Positions 1 through 8,716 of a stretch of 35,588 bases of DNA are shown piece by piece. The position numbers were made by a program, and so were the translations under genes. Position 1 is the first letter of the stretch. Every line of letters begins with the position of its first letter. This stretch comes from a virus: positions 1-35,588 of IMG/VR virus record IMGVR_UViG_3300045933_000106. The stretch is one strand, 5' to 3'. A model generated the notes under the pieces. It was not told where the DNA came from, made no database searches, and saw nothing but the letters and a program-made list of their open reading frames with translations.

Positions 1-121
1 TTCCTCGACTTGATGCGCAAGGCCGAGCTTGCCCACCTCGCGCAGGTCCACAAGATCGATCTGCCCGAAGGCCGCAGGTCTTGGGACGCGCTCAAAGGGG
101 CAGAGATCAAGGCGGCGTTCA
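1..121. repeat. Terminal direct overlap, copy 1 (identical to 35468-35588). Indicates a circular or circularly permuted genome, or an assembler overlap.
   Basis: Base-by-base comparison of 1-121 with 35468-35588 shows identity. The ORF reading frame is continuous across the junction. Confidence 0.95.
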
Positions 122-246
122 TGGCGCAGCGCGAGAAGTGGCTGCGGCCGGCGCTGCTGGCCGACCTCTACCAGAGCGAGATCGGGCCGCCATACGTACC
201 GTGGCACCAATGCGGCGATAGCGATGACCTCGAGGACGCGGCATGA
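1..246 (+). CDS. C-terminal end of the ParB-like protein that starts at 34145 (wraps across the circular junction)
   Basis: Same frame as 34145-35588 once position 1 is equated with 35468. Stop TGA at 244-246 overlaps the next ATG (ATGA). Confidence 0.8.
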   Translation, partial: FLDLMRKAELAHLAQVHKIDLPEGRRSWDALKGAEIKAAFMAQREKWLRPALLADLYQSEIGPPYVPWHQCGDSDDLEDAA

Positions 247-902
247 AGCGCCGCCATTGGACGACCGCCGAGGTCGCGCTCCTGCGCCATCTGTACCCGA
301 GCACGAAGACAGCGATCGTCGCTGAACGCCTCGGGCGCTCTCTCTCAACGGTCTGCCAGAAGGCACAGAAGCTCAGGCTCAAGAAGACGCCCGAGTATCT
401 TGCGAGTTCCGATGCCTGCCGCCTGCGCCGTGGCGACAACACGGGTGCCGCCACCCGCTTTGCGCGCGGCGTGGTGCCGTGGAACAAGGGCACACACTTC
501 GTCGCCGGCGGGCGCAGTGCAGAGACGCGCTTCAAGCCCGGCAATCTGAGCGGTCGCGCGGCGCAGCGCATACAGCCGATAGGCGCTCTGCGCATCAATG
601 GGGACGGCTACCTCGATCGGAAGATGACGACCGCAGGCCGCGGCGCTCAACGCTGGACGGCCGTGCACCGCTTGGTATGGGAGGAGGCCAACGGGCCCGT
701 GCCGCGTGGCTCGGTGGTCGTGTTCCGGCCCGGCCGGCGCTCGACCGAGCTGGCAGACATCACGCTCGATGCCCTCGAACTCGTCACGCGCCGGGAATTG
801 ATGATGCGCAACACCGTGCAGCGCCTGCCGAAGGAGATCGTCCGCGTCGTGCAACTGCGCGGTGCACTCATGAGAAAGATCAACGAGAGGACCCGCGCAT
901 GA
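243..902 (+). CDS. SANT/Myb-like plus degenerate HNH_3-like (homing-endonuclease-like) DNA-binding protein
   Basis: N-terminal WTTAEVALLRHLYP. C-terminal HRLVWEEANGPVPRGSVVVF...LELVTRRELMMRN resembles the HNH_3 pattern HRlvwe..G.iP.g..VdH.dg...N..NLelvt..eN, but the His/Asn positions are replaced. Confidence 0.45.
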   Translation: MKRRHWTTAEVALLRHLYPSTKTAIVAERLGRSLSTVCQKAQKLRLKKTPEYLASSDACRLRRGDNTGAATRFARGVVPWNKGTHFVAGGRSAETRFKPGNLSGRAAQRIQPIGALRINGDGYLDRKMTTAGRGAQRWTAVHRLVWEEANGPVPRGSVVVFRPGRRSTELADITLDALELVTRRELMMRNTVQRLPKEIVRVVQLRGALMRKINERTRA

Positions 903-1150
903 AGAACAAGGTGGAGGATCTGCGCAATCACCTTTTCGAGACGCTCGAGGCGCTCAAGGACAAGGACGCGCCGATGGACATCGAGCCTGCACGCGCGATC
1001 GCGGACGTCGCCCAGACGATCATCAATTCCGCCCGCGTAGAGGTGGAATTCCTGAAGGCTACCGGAAACACGACCGGCTCCGGCTTCATCACGATCGAGG
1101 ATGCGTCGACACCACGCCATCCGGCAAGACTGGCAAAGGTGTCGCCGTGA
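899..1150 (+). CDS. Hypothetical early protein (83 aa)
   Basis: ATG at 899 overlaps the upstream stop (ATGA). The upstream part of the tracked ORF (479-898) overlaps the previous gene and is Arg-rich noise. Confidence 0.6.
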   Translation: MKNKVEDLRNHLFETLEALKDKDAPMDIEPARAIADVAQTIINSARVEVEFLKATGNTTGSGFITIEDASTPRHPARLAKVSP

Positions 1151-1470
1151 GCGACCAGATATGCGCCAGATGCGGTCGCCCGAAACACCGTGGTCGCTGC
1201 AAGGGGGGGGGTAGCGTGAAGCCTGCGACCGACTCTGCCGTCCGCGCGGTCCCGGAGCCAATCAAGCTGAACGGCTCGCTCGAGATCGCTGCCGGCTTCG
1301 GCATCCGTGCCTCGCTCGAGAACGGGACGTTGCAGCTCGAGCAGGACCGCCAGCAGGACGACATGATCTACACGCACACGATCTCGCTCGCGCCGCACGA
1401 GGCGCGTGAGCTGATCGATTTCGTGGAGCGGCACGTCAACCAAGATCGAACCGAGGAGACCCATCAGTGA
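1147..1470 (+). CDS. Hypothetical protein (107 aa) with N-terminal CxxC...C cluster
   Basis: GTG start overlapping the upstream TGA (GTGA). CARCGRPKHRGRC motif. Confidence 0.55.
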   Translation: MSDQICARCGRPKHRGRCKGGGSVKPATDSAVRAVPEPIKLNGSLEIAAGFGIRASLENGTLQLEQDRQQDDMIYTHTISLAPHEARELIDFVERHVNQDRTEETHQ

Positions 1471-2387
1471 ACGCCGTCACGAAGACGAACCCCGGCCGCG
1501 AGTTCGGCCTTCAACTCGTCGAGATGAAGAGCCACCTGGCGCAGGCCCTGCCAGCCGGGATTGCTGCGGACCGATTCATCCGCGTCACGCTCACCGCAAT
1601 CCAGTTGCAGCCGGAGCTGCTCGAATGCGATCGCAAGTCGCTGCTGCTCGCCTGCCTACGGGCCGCGAACGATGGGCTCATGCCCGATGGCCGCGAGGGC
1701 TCGTTCGTCGTGTTCAAGGACTCCAAGCGCAAGGTGAAACTCGCGCAATGGATGCCGATGTACCAGGGCTTGCTCAAGAAGGTCCGCAACACCGGCGAAC
1801 TCCGATCGATCAGCGCCAACGTGGTCTATGAGCGAGATCACTTCGACTACCAGCTCGGCGACGAGGAGCGGATCGTGCACAAGCCGGTGCTCGGCGATCG
1901 TGGGCAGCCGATCGCGGCCTACGCCATCGCGCACTTGGCCGACGGCGGGATCGCCCGCGAGGTGATGGACGCCGGTCAGATCAGGCAGGTGCAGGCCTCG
2001 AGCCGCGCGACGAGCGAGGAGAGTCCGTGGGCGAAGTGGCCCGACGAGATGGCGCGCAAGACGGTGATCCGCCGGCTCTACAAGCGCCTGCCCTCCTCGA
2101 CCGAGATGGACCGCTATCTGGGCGCCACGCCGGCGGTGGAGCGGGAGATCGCGCCGACCATCGCGGACCAGCTACGGACCGCGCGCCTGCCGGACGCGGA
2201 GAGCTACGAGTCCACCGCATTCCATCATGCGGCCGATGCGCAACTGGCGATCAGCGAGGCCGAGGATCCCGAGACGGTACAGCGGATCTACGCGGCCGTC
2301 GCGAACGAGCTTGCCGGCCTCGAGGCCGAGATGCCGGAGAGCCTGACAAGGGCGCGTGATGAGCGGCTCGCGGCGCTGGCGAAATGA
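1467..2387 (+). CDS. recT: RecT-family single-strand annealing recombinase
   Basis: DGLMPDGREGSFVVF...WMPMYQGLLKKVRNTGELRSISANVVYERDHFDY...WPDEMARKTVIRRLYKRLP matches the RecT family core pattern. Confidence 0.85.
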   Translation: MNAVTKTNPGREFGLQLVEMKSHLAQALPAGIAADRFIRVTLTAIQLQPELLECDRKSLLLACLRAANDGLMPDGREGSFVVFKDSKRKVKLAQWMPMYQGLLKKVRNTGELRSISANVVYERDHFDYQLGDEERIVHKPVLGDRGQPIAAYAIAHLADGGIAREVMDAGQIRQVQASSRATSEESPWAKWPDEMARKTVIRRLYKRLPSSTEMDRYLGATPAVEREIAPTIADQLRTARLPDAESYESTAFHHAADAQLAISEAEDPETVQRIYAAVANELAGLEAEMPESLTRARDERLAALAK

Positions 2388-2605
2388 GCCACCAGCTTTC
2401 CACCGTCAGCACCGTCATCGATCTTCTGGCGGTGATGCGGAAGGGTGCGCGACTGGTGCGCGCGGAGCGGTGGGAACTCGGCCAGGAGTACGCCTGGTTC
2501 ACCTATACCGCCCGGCTGCCGAACGGGGACTTCCATCCGGTGAGCGAGCGCATTGCGATCACGGCCGAGCGGCGCGGACTCGTGACGGTGGAGCGAGCGC
2601 CGTGA
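2384..2605 (+). CDS. Hypothetical protein (73 aa)
   Basis: ORF with start overlapping the recT stop. Balanced amino-acid composition. Confidence 0.5.
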   Translation: MSHQLSTVSTVIDLLAVMRKGARLVRAERWELGQEYAWFTYTARLPNGDFHPVSERIAITAERRGLVTVERAP

Positions 2606-2703
2606 ATCGCCGACGCGCCGAGGATCGGCTGCCGGAAACGCTGCTGCTCATCGTCGTCGCGTGGGCGATTCTGGCGGGCGTACTCTACGCCGTGGTGCCG
2701 TGA
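2602..2703 (+). CDS. Tiny single-pass membrane protein (33 aa)
   Basis: GTG overlaps the upstream TGA. Hydrophobic stretch TLLLIVVAWAILAGVLYAVV. Its stop overlaps the next ATG. Confidence 0.35.
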   Translation: MNRRRAEDRLPETLLLIVVAWAILAGVLYAVVP

Positions 2704-2915
2704 TGTTTCTCACGCGGAAAGAGGTCGCCGAGCTCACCGGCCTTAAGCGCAAAGGGGCGCAGCGCGCCTGGCTGCTCGCGCAAGGCTACGTGATCGAGCT
2801 CGACGCACAGGGGCATCCGAAAGTATTGCGCGCCGTGGTCGAGGCTAGACTCGGCGCCGTGGTCACTCATCAGAGACAGCAGCCGAATTTCGGTGCTATC
2901 CGTGGGCCGGCATAA
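2703..2915 (+). CDS. xis: DUF4224-type excisionase-like protein
   Basis: MFLTRKEVAELTGLKRKGAQRAWLLAQGY...GHPKVLRAVV fits the DUF4224 pattern usually found directly upstream of phage integrases. Confidence 0.7.
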   Translation: MFLTRKEVAELTGLKRKGAQRAWLLAQGYVIELDAQGHPKVLRAVVEARLGAVVTHQRQQPNFGAIRGPA

Positions 2916-3846
2916 GAAGCGCCACAAGCACCTTCCGCCGCGCATGCGGTTCGCGCACGGGGCGTATTACCACGCCGACGCGCGGGGCGGGCGTAAACCT
3001 TGGGTACTGCTCGGGAAGACCTACGCCGATGCCATCGTGCGCTACGGGCAGTTAGAGGCTGTCGCCGCGAACCGGCGCGACTTCGATGCGCTCGCCACGA
3101 AATACGTGGCCGAGGAACTGCCGTCCCGCTCGGCTACCACGCAGACCGTCTACCGCTCGATGCTGGCGAAACTGCGCGCCGTGTTCGGCGCCGTGTTGCC
3201 GGCCGACATCGAGCAGTTGCACGCCTATCGGTACATGGACGAGCGCCGCCTGCCGGTCGCCCGTCAGGAAATCTCCCTGCTCTCGGCCGTCCTGACCTTC
3301 GGCGTGCGCAAAGGGTGGCTGCGCAGCAACCCGCTGCACGGGATCAAGCTGGGGACACAGCGGCGGCGGAAGCGATACCTGACCGACGCCGAATTCGCGC
3401 ACCTGCTGGCCGCTGCGGAGCCCGAGGCGGCGCACGCGATCCGGTTCCTGTACTACACGGCCCTGCGCACGATCGATGCCCGGCGCGTGCGGTGGCGCGA
3501 CTGGCAGGCGGATGGGCTGCACGTGCGCGTCAGCAAGGTCGGCGCGGATCTCGTCTTCGAGCGCACGCCCGGCCTCGAGGCGCTGATGGCCGAGCTTAAA
3601 GGCCGGCGCGTGACGAGCCTCTACGTGCTCTCCGACCGCCAGGGGCGCCCGTGGACGTACCGCCGCCTGTACGCCGCGTGGCAGCGCGTGGCGCCTGAGG
3701 ATGCGAACCTGCACGACTTGCGGCGCAAGCGATTGACCGACTTGGCTCGCGAGCGCGGCATCGACTACGCGCAGCAGATCGCGGCGCACAGTGACCCGCG
3801 CATGACGCAGAGCTACGTCAGCGGCGAGCGAAGGGTGGCGATATGA
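2893..3846 (+). CDS. int: Tyrosine recombinase / phage integrase
   Basis: C-terminal catalytic region: ALRTIDARRVRW (Arg), HDLRRKRLTD (His-x-x-Arg), AAHSDPRMTQSYV (His...Tyr). GTG start at 2893 or 2902 is uncertain. Confidence 0.9.
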   Translation: MLSVGRHKKRHKHLPPRMRFAHGAYYHADARGGRKPWVLLGKTYADAIVRYGQLEAVAANRRDFDALATKYVAEELPSRSATTQTVYRSMLAKLRAVFGAVLPADIEQLHAYRYMDERRLPVARQEISLLSAVLTFGVRKGWLRSNPLHGIKLGTQRRRKRYLTDAEFAHLLAAAEPEAAHAIRFLYYTALRTIDARRVRWRDWQADGLHVRVSKVGADLVFERTPGLEALMAELKGRRVTSLYVLSDRQGRPWTYRRLYAAWQRVAPEDANLHDLRRKRLTDLARERGIDYAQQIAAHSDPRMTQSYVSGERRVAI

Positions 3847-4079
3847 GCATTGATCTCACTGAGTCCGCCGAGCTGCTCGAAGTGATCGCCGTCCTCGTCG
3901 ACGCGATGCGCCGCAGCGATCCGGATTACGTCATGACCCACGGTTGCGAACAGTGTTCGGATGAGGACTGGGACACGGCAATCGAAGCCGGCGAGGACGC
4001 GATGGAAATGGCTGAATTTTTGGATAAGGAACAGTCGCGTAACAGCGGCACCGGAACTGCCGCAGATTCAGCGACTTAG
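3843..4079 (+). CDS. Highly acidic hypothetical protein (78 aa)
   Basis: ATG overlaps the int stop. Asp/Glu-rich (DEDWDTAIEAGEDAMEMAEF). Confidence 0.5.
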   Translation: MSIDLTESAELLEVIAVLVDAMRRSDPDYVMTHGCEQCSDEDWDTAIEAGEDAMEMAEFLDKEQSRNSGTGTAADSAT

Positions 4080-4242
4080 GTGACGGCGAATTAGTGGGCC
4101 CCAATAATGCGGGAACAGCGGCGAAACGCCTTTAATTTGAGCGGAATTACCCGATTTGGTGTTGCCTTCGTTTAGGCAACATCTGGCCGCTAAGGCATTG
4201 ATTCATGGAGTTAGCGAGATTGGATAGGGAACAGCAAAGCGG
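4021..4242. promoter_or_regulatory. Candidate attP region with repeated GGAACAG-containing motifs (possible arm-type Int sites)
   Basis: TGGATAAGGAACAG at 4021-4034 and TGGATAGGGAACAG at 4221-4234, exactly 200 bp apart. GGGAACAGCGGCG at 4111-4123 and AACAGCGGC at 4041-4049. AT-richer noncoding stretch next to int, between convergent operons. Confidence 0.4.
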
Positions 4243-4336
4243 ACCCGAAAAACTGGCGGTCGGCATGGCGCTCGCCTGGTCTGTCTGGGTTGCCTTCTCT
4301 TTGGCCGCCGCCGCGGCATTCCTCTGGTTCAGCTAG
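4205..4336 (+). CDS. Possible small membrane protein (43 aa)
   Basis: ATG...TAG ORF read by hand: MELARLDREQQSGPEKLAVGMALAWSVWVAFSLAAAAAFLWFS. One hydrophobic helix. Below the ORF-track length cutoff. Confidence 0.25.
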   Translation: MELARLDREQQSGPEKLAVGMALAWSVWVAFSLAAAAAFLWFS

Positions 4337-4340
4337 TCGA

Positions 4341-4517
4341 CTACGGCCCCTGCTCGCACTCTGACGGCGGAAGCGTCGGCGCCGACGGCGGGAAGGCCTG
4401 CGCCTCCGCGGTCTGCTCGAGCCGTGCGCAGAGCCCCAGGCACACCATCGTCAGGGTGCCGATCCGGATCGGCGTGCAGCCGGCGAGGAGCAGCACAAGG
4501 AATGCGGCGCGGATCAT
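4341..4517 (-). CDS. Small lipoprotein (58 aa), Cor-like or o-spanin-like
   Basis: Hand translation: MIRAAFLVLLLAGCTPIRIGTLTMVCLGLCARLEQTAEAQAFPPSAPTLPPSECEQGP. Canonical lipobox LLAGC and Pro-rich tail. The ATG shares one base with the tail-protein stop (TGATG). Confidence 0.55.
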   Translation of the reverse strand: MIRAAFLVLLLAGCTPIRIGTLTMVCLGLCARLEQTAEAQAFPPSAPTLPPSECEQGP

Positions 4518-7500
4518 CAGCCGATCCGCCGGAGGTGCAACCGGCTGCCGGACCAGAACGTCACCGACGTCCCACTCGACGTATTTTGCTTGGCCCGCAC
4601 CTTGAGCGTGCCGGAAGTGGACACGACGAGTGTCCCGTGGATTACATGCTGATAGCCCGCCGTCAAGCCCATGCTCGCAACCATGGGCATGGTTGTATAA
4701 ATCTCAGCGGCCGGGTTACCCCCTGAGGATGAGAAGAGGAGCCGTAAAGCGGAGGCTTTCGTTACCGTCCCGCTATAGGACAGTTCCAGACTCATGCCCG
4801 GAGTAGCATTCGTCGTGGCTCTGAAATAGCACTCGACCGCATACGTGCCGGCCACCAGGGTCGTTGACAGCTCCGTGTCCTGATACGACGCATTGCTGGT
4901 AATGACCAGGTCATTGACCTGCACGATGTCCGCGAAGCCACCCGCCACGCCGACGGATACCCACGCCGCGCCTCCGGCACCGTCTGCCGCCAAGACAAGA
5001 CCGCTCGCGGCCGCGCCGGAACCGTGATCCGCCGCATCGATCGCCGCGTGGCGCCCCGTGGTGAGGTACTGGGTGTGATCGTCGTCCGCCAATCCGGTCA
5101 AGGCGCCGTGATCGGTGGCGCCCGGAACGGGCGGCATCACGCCGGCCTGCAGCTCGACATTGTCGATGTAGAAGCCGATCGCCGAGCTCGATCCGATCAC
5201 CGCGATGCGGAGCTGATTGCAGGAAAGCCCGCCCGCGGCGAAGGACGACACGGGAATCACAATCTGCTGATAGCTCGTCGTGTTCGCGCTGTCGAAAGAG
5301 AAGGTGCCGGTCTTGACCGTGATCGCGGTGCCGCGCTGCGCGCCGTTTTCGCGCAGCGTGAGCGAAAGGGATTTCTGGCTCGGCCATGCCGCCTTGCTGC
5401 GGATGTGCAGGATCAGCGAGTTGTAGGTCGCCGGATCGAAGGTCGATCCCTTCTGGAATTGGACGTAGTGACCATTGGCGACGGAAGTACCTTCGACGTC
5501 CTTTGTGCCCGCGTAGGGATTATTGGTGCTGGCGACGTTGATGGTTCCGCCGCTCGTGGACGTCGTCCATTCGACGTTCTCGCGGTAGATCGGCTCTACC
5601 GTGACGCCCGGAGTAGAAGCCGCCGCCGGGACGTAGACGAAGCTCAGTTCGAGCTCGGAGGCCGGATCGACGTCCGGCCGCTCCGGAGTCGCCGCCGGCG
5701 TCCCGGTCACGACTGAGGCAGTGCTCGTGTCGTCGACGATGATCACGTCGATGCGCGGGTTGGTCGCGTCCGCCGTGGCCAGCGTCACCGTTGTCTCGGG
5801 CGAGTTGTATTCGGTCCCGGCAATGACGTAGTTGGCCGCAGAGATGAGGAAGCTCAGGCCGCTGGTCCAGGCGACGCCACCGCCGGAGATGAGGTAATTG
5901 CCGGTCGCGGCCGTCTCGCCGAGCAGCCCCACGACTTCATCGATCGCCGCCTGCACGTCGGTTGCCGCGAGTCCCGACGTTGTGTTGTCGTAGGTCACAT
6001 CTTCGGCGTCGACCGGTCCACCGGGCCCGCCGCCGCCGCCGATGAAGAGCACCACGCTGACGTCGGTATTGGTCTGCGGCAGGAGGCCGCTCGAGATGAC
6101 GGTGACCGGCAACGTCCACCACGCGCCGTTATCCGTCGGTGCGGCGCTCAGCTCGACCCGGATGAATCGCGTGGCATCGAGACGCTGCTGGAACAGCATC
6201 TGCGTCCCGGCTTCGAGGAACGCGAAGACGCGCGAGCAGTCGGAACCCGCGCGATTCAATTCGTGAATGTAAATTTCCGTGACGCTCGCGGGTGTCGCGG
6301 AATTGAACCGCAGGTCACCGCTGCCGGGATCGCTCGATGTCGTCGACGGATCAAATCGCCACTGACCGTGGATCGATGGCCCGCCGCCGTTCGCCGCGAG
6401 CTCGTCGATGGCCTCCTTGACATCATCCGCGACGAGCCCCGAATCGGTGTTGTCGTAGCTGATGGCGCTCGCATCGTGCGCGTCCACGGGGTCAGCAAGG
6501 TGCGCCGCAAGCGTCGCGTCCTGCGCGGCGTCGGTCGCGTCCTGCGCCGTCTTGGTGTAGTAGCGCGCGTCACCACGCGCGTCGGTGTGGTACTGGGTAT
6601 GATCGTCATCGGCAAGGCCGGTGAGTGCGCCGTGGTCCGTGACTCCGCTGCTGCCGCCCCCCGTCGCGAACACGACCGCGAGCTCGACATTGGCTGCGGG
6701 CAGTGTCCCGCTCGCGTTGATGGCGACTGGCAGCGTCCACCAGGCGCCGTTGTCGGTGGGTGTGCCGGATAGTGTCGCCCGGATGTATTTCGCCGCGTCC
6801 GTGCGGTCCTGAACGACGAGCTGCGACCCACTGGCGAGCAGCTCGAGGACGTGCCCGTAGTCCGTGCCAGGTCGCGACGTCTGGCTCAGGTAGAGTGCCG
6901 TGACGGCCGCCGGCGTGGCGCTGTTGAAGCGCACATCGCCAGTTCCAGGGTCAGCCGCTGTCGTGCTCGTGTCGAAGCGCCACTTACCAGCGAGCGAGAT
7001 CCCGTCTGCCTCCCACGGCGCCGCACTCGTCGTGCCGTCCGCGTTCAGCACGACCCAGGTCGCGGAGCCCGTGTCGTAGATCAGCGTGCCGGCACCGACG
7101 TCGACGAACTGCCACGCGCCCTCATCCTCGTCCCAGACCGCGACTTCACCATCGTGGCCCGACCATGCGCCCGTGGCGCCCGTCGGGACATAGTAGGTAT
7201 CACCGTCCGCCGGCGAGCCAGGAGGCGTCGTCGTCGTGGTTGACTCGACCGTGCCGCTCGAGCTCGTCTCGTCGTCGGGCTCCGGCGGGCGCGTTGGTTC
7301 TGCATCGACCGGGATCGGCGTCGTGTACGAGGAAACCGACAGGCCGAAGACGTCCTGCGCGATGTCGATCTCGATCGAACCATCCTCAAGCGTGCCCTTG
7401 CGGATCGCCATGACCCGGTGCACGGACTCCGAGATGCCTTCCTTCTCCCAGGTGAACCGGAACACGTCGCCCTGCTGCAGCGCCCAGGCACGCCGGCTGC

Positions 7501-8716
7501 ACCGGATCGTGCCGCGACCGAGTGAGGTCGAGCGCATCGCGAGCTCGCGCGCCGCCACAGCCTTGGCGACGTCGTGATTGCGGATGCCTGAGAAATCAAC
7601 CTGCTGCGAGACGACCCCGCCCTGCGCGCGGATGCTGCCGAGATCCTGGACCGTGATGATCGTCGACTTGTAGGAGTCCGGATCGGTGTAGGAGACCGAC
7701 AGCTCGTTGACCACTTCGCCGAACCCCTGCCGTGCATAGCGAATGAGCTCTATGACGGAGGATTCGTCGATCAGCTCGAGGTCGTCGGCCTCGTAGTTGT
7801 CGCGCAACAGCGTGAGCGTGTACTTGCCCGTCGTCGGGTCTTGCCCGAGCACCATTCCGGCGTGCGAGCAGACCTCACCGAGAAACTCCTCGATCTTTTC
7901 CGGGTGGACCCACTGGAAATTGAGCCCGAAGTTTTCCTCGACGAACGTGTCCGCCGCCGCAGTGAAGCTCGCCTCGTTGATTGAGGTCGTCGGTTCACCG
8001 TAGCCGAAGTCGGAATTGGTCAGCACCTCGTAGATGATGTGTGCCGGATTCATCCCGCCGTCGACGGTCACGGCGGCCGGATACCAGGTGTCGCCCTGCC
8101 AGCCGGCGGCCGTGCGGCGTACGACAAACGCGACAGGCTTGATGTACTGTGACCGGCCGATGTAGCCGCCGTGCCAGACGATCGACAGCAGCCCCCGGTA
8201 GGCCGGCAGCGGGGCACCTAGATTCGCGAGCAGGTAAGGATCTACGGGCTGCGTGTCCTCGCCCATGCGGACCCAGAACGTGCCCTGCACCCCGCCTTCC
8301 GATTTCTTGCCGCCGAAAAGCCGCGGCTCGTCGATGGCCTGCAGGCCGCTCGAGGTGGCGTTGCCAGTCCACGCGGCCTTATCGTCCCAGTCCCACTGCA
8401 GGAATGCATCGACCGGGCCAAAACACAGGGCGAAGTGCAGACCAATGTTGTAGCGGTAGCCGATGGTGGTAGACGAAAAAAGCGAGCTCTGCGTGATCGG
8501 AACCTTGCTCAGGTCGCCGTACCAAATGACGTTCGGCCCGGTGATGCGGATCGTCCCGAAAACGACCGGAATCGCGCGGCCTTCCTCGGCCGTCGGGACC
8601 TGGAAGTCTTCGAGCGCCGCAGACTTCGGCCGCGGCGGCCGCGGGGCAAGGGCGATCGAAATGATCGTCGCGGCGACCATCCACAGCGCCTGGACTACCC
8701 ACGCCGGCCAGACCAT
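4517..8716 (-). CDS. Host-specificity / central tail fibre protein (1399 aa)
   Basis: Last and largest gene of the tail module. The N-terminus follows the GTA-g15/phage-tail_3-like pattern. It contains fibre motifs DHGALTGLADDDHTQY (x2) and I/V-x-YDNT-SGL-A-DV-AIDE (x2), and a duplicated ~110-aa domain. Confidence 0.8.
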   Translation of the reverse strand: MVWPAWVVQALWMVAATIISIALAPRPPRPKSAALEDFQVPTAEEGRAIPVVFGTIRITGPNVIWYGDLSKVPITQSSLFSSTTIGYRYNIGLHFALCFGPVDAFLQWDWDDKAAWTGNATSSGLQAIDEPRLFGGKKSEGGVQGTFWVRMGEDTQPVDPYLLANLGAPLPAYRGLLSIVWHGGYIGRSQYIKPVAFVVRRTAAGWQGDTWYPAAVTVDGGMNPAHIIYEVLTNSDFGYGEPTTSINEASFTAAADTFVEENFGLNFQWVHPEKIEEFLGEVCSHAGMVLGQDPTTGKYTLTLLRDNYEADDLELIDESSVIELIRYARQGFGEVVNELSVSYTDPDSYKSTIITVQDLGSIRAQGGVVSQQVDFSGIRNHDVAKAVAARELAMRSTSLGRGTIRCSRRAWALQQGDVFRFTWEKEGISESVHRVMAIRKGTLEDGSIEIDIAQDVFGLSVSSYTTPIPVDAEPTRPPEPDDETSSSGTVESTTTTTPPGSPADGDTYYVPTGATGAWSGHDGEVAVWDEDEGAWQFVDVGAGTLIYDTGSATWVVLNADGTTSAAPWEADGISLAGKWRFDTSTTAADPGTGDVRFNSATPAAVTALYLSQTSRPGTDYGHVLELLASGSQLVVQDRTDAAKYIRATLSGTPTDNGAWWTLPVAINASGTLPAANVELAVVFATGGGSSGVTDHGALTGLADDDHTQYHTDARGDARYYTKTAQDATDAAQDATLAAHLADPVDAHDASAISYDNTDSGLVADDVKEAIDELAANGGGPSIHGQWRFDPSTTSSDPGSGDLRFNSATPASVTEIYIHELNRAGSDCSRVFAFLEAGTQMLFQQRLDATRFIRVELSAAPTDNGAWWTLPVTVISSGLLPQTNTDVSVVLFIGGGGGPGGPVDAEDVTYDNTTSGLAATDVQAAIDEVVGLLGETAATGNYLISGGGVAWTSGLSFLISAANYVIAGTEYNSPETTVTLATADATNPRIDVIIVDDTSTASVVTGTPAATPERPDVDPASELELSFVYVPAAASTPGVTVEPIYRENVEWTTSTSGGTINVASTNNPYAGTKDVEGTSVANGHYVQFQKGSTFDPATYNSLILHIRSKAAWPSQKSLSLTLRENGAQRGTAITVKTGTFSFDSANTTSYQQIVIPVSSFAAGGLSCNQLRIAVIGSSSAIGFYIDNVELQAGVMPPVPGATDHGALTGLADDDHTQYLTTGRHAAIDAADHGSGAAASGLVLAADGAGGAAWVSVGVAGGFADIVQVNDLVITSNASYQDTELSTTLVAGTYAVECYFRATTNATPGMSLELSYSGTVTKASALRLLFSSSGGNPAAEIYTTMPMVASMGLTAGYQHVIHGTLVVSTSGTLKVRAKQNTSSGTSVTFWSGSRLHLRRIG

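Noticed and set aside
479-898. N-terminal extension of the ORF 479-1150.
   Set aside because: It overlaps the HNH_3-like gene out of frame and is Arg-rich noise. The ATG at 899 overlaps the upstream stop in an ATGA coupling.
4141-4200. A tRNA or tRNA fragment at the putative attP.
   Set aside because: Only one 6-bp stem (GTTGCC-N8-GGCAAC, 4161-4180) is present. No cloverleaf arms or T-loop consensus could be drawn.
5060-6985. Diversity-generating retroelement (template/variable repeat pair) in the tail fibre.
   Set aside because: There is no reverse transcriptase gene anywhere in the genome. The two repeat copies differ at all kinds of positions rather than mainly at adenines, and both lie inside the coding region.
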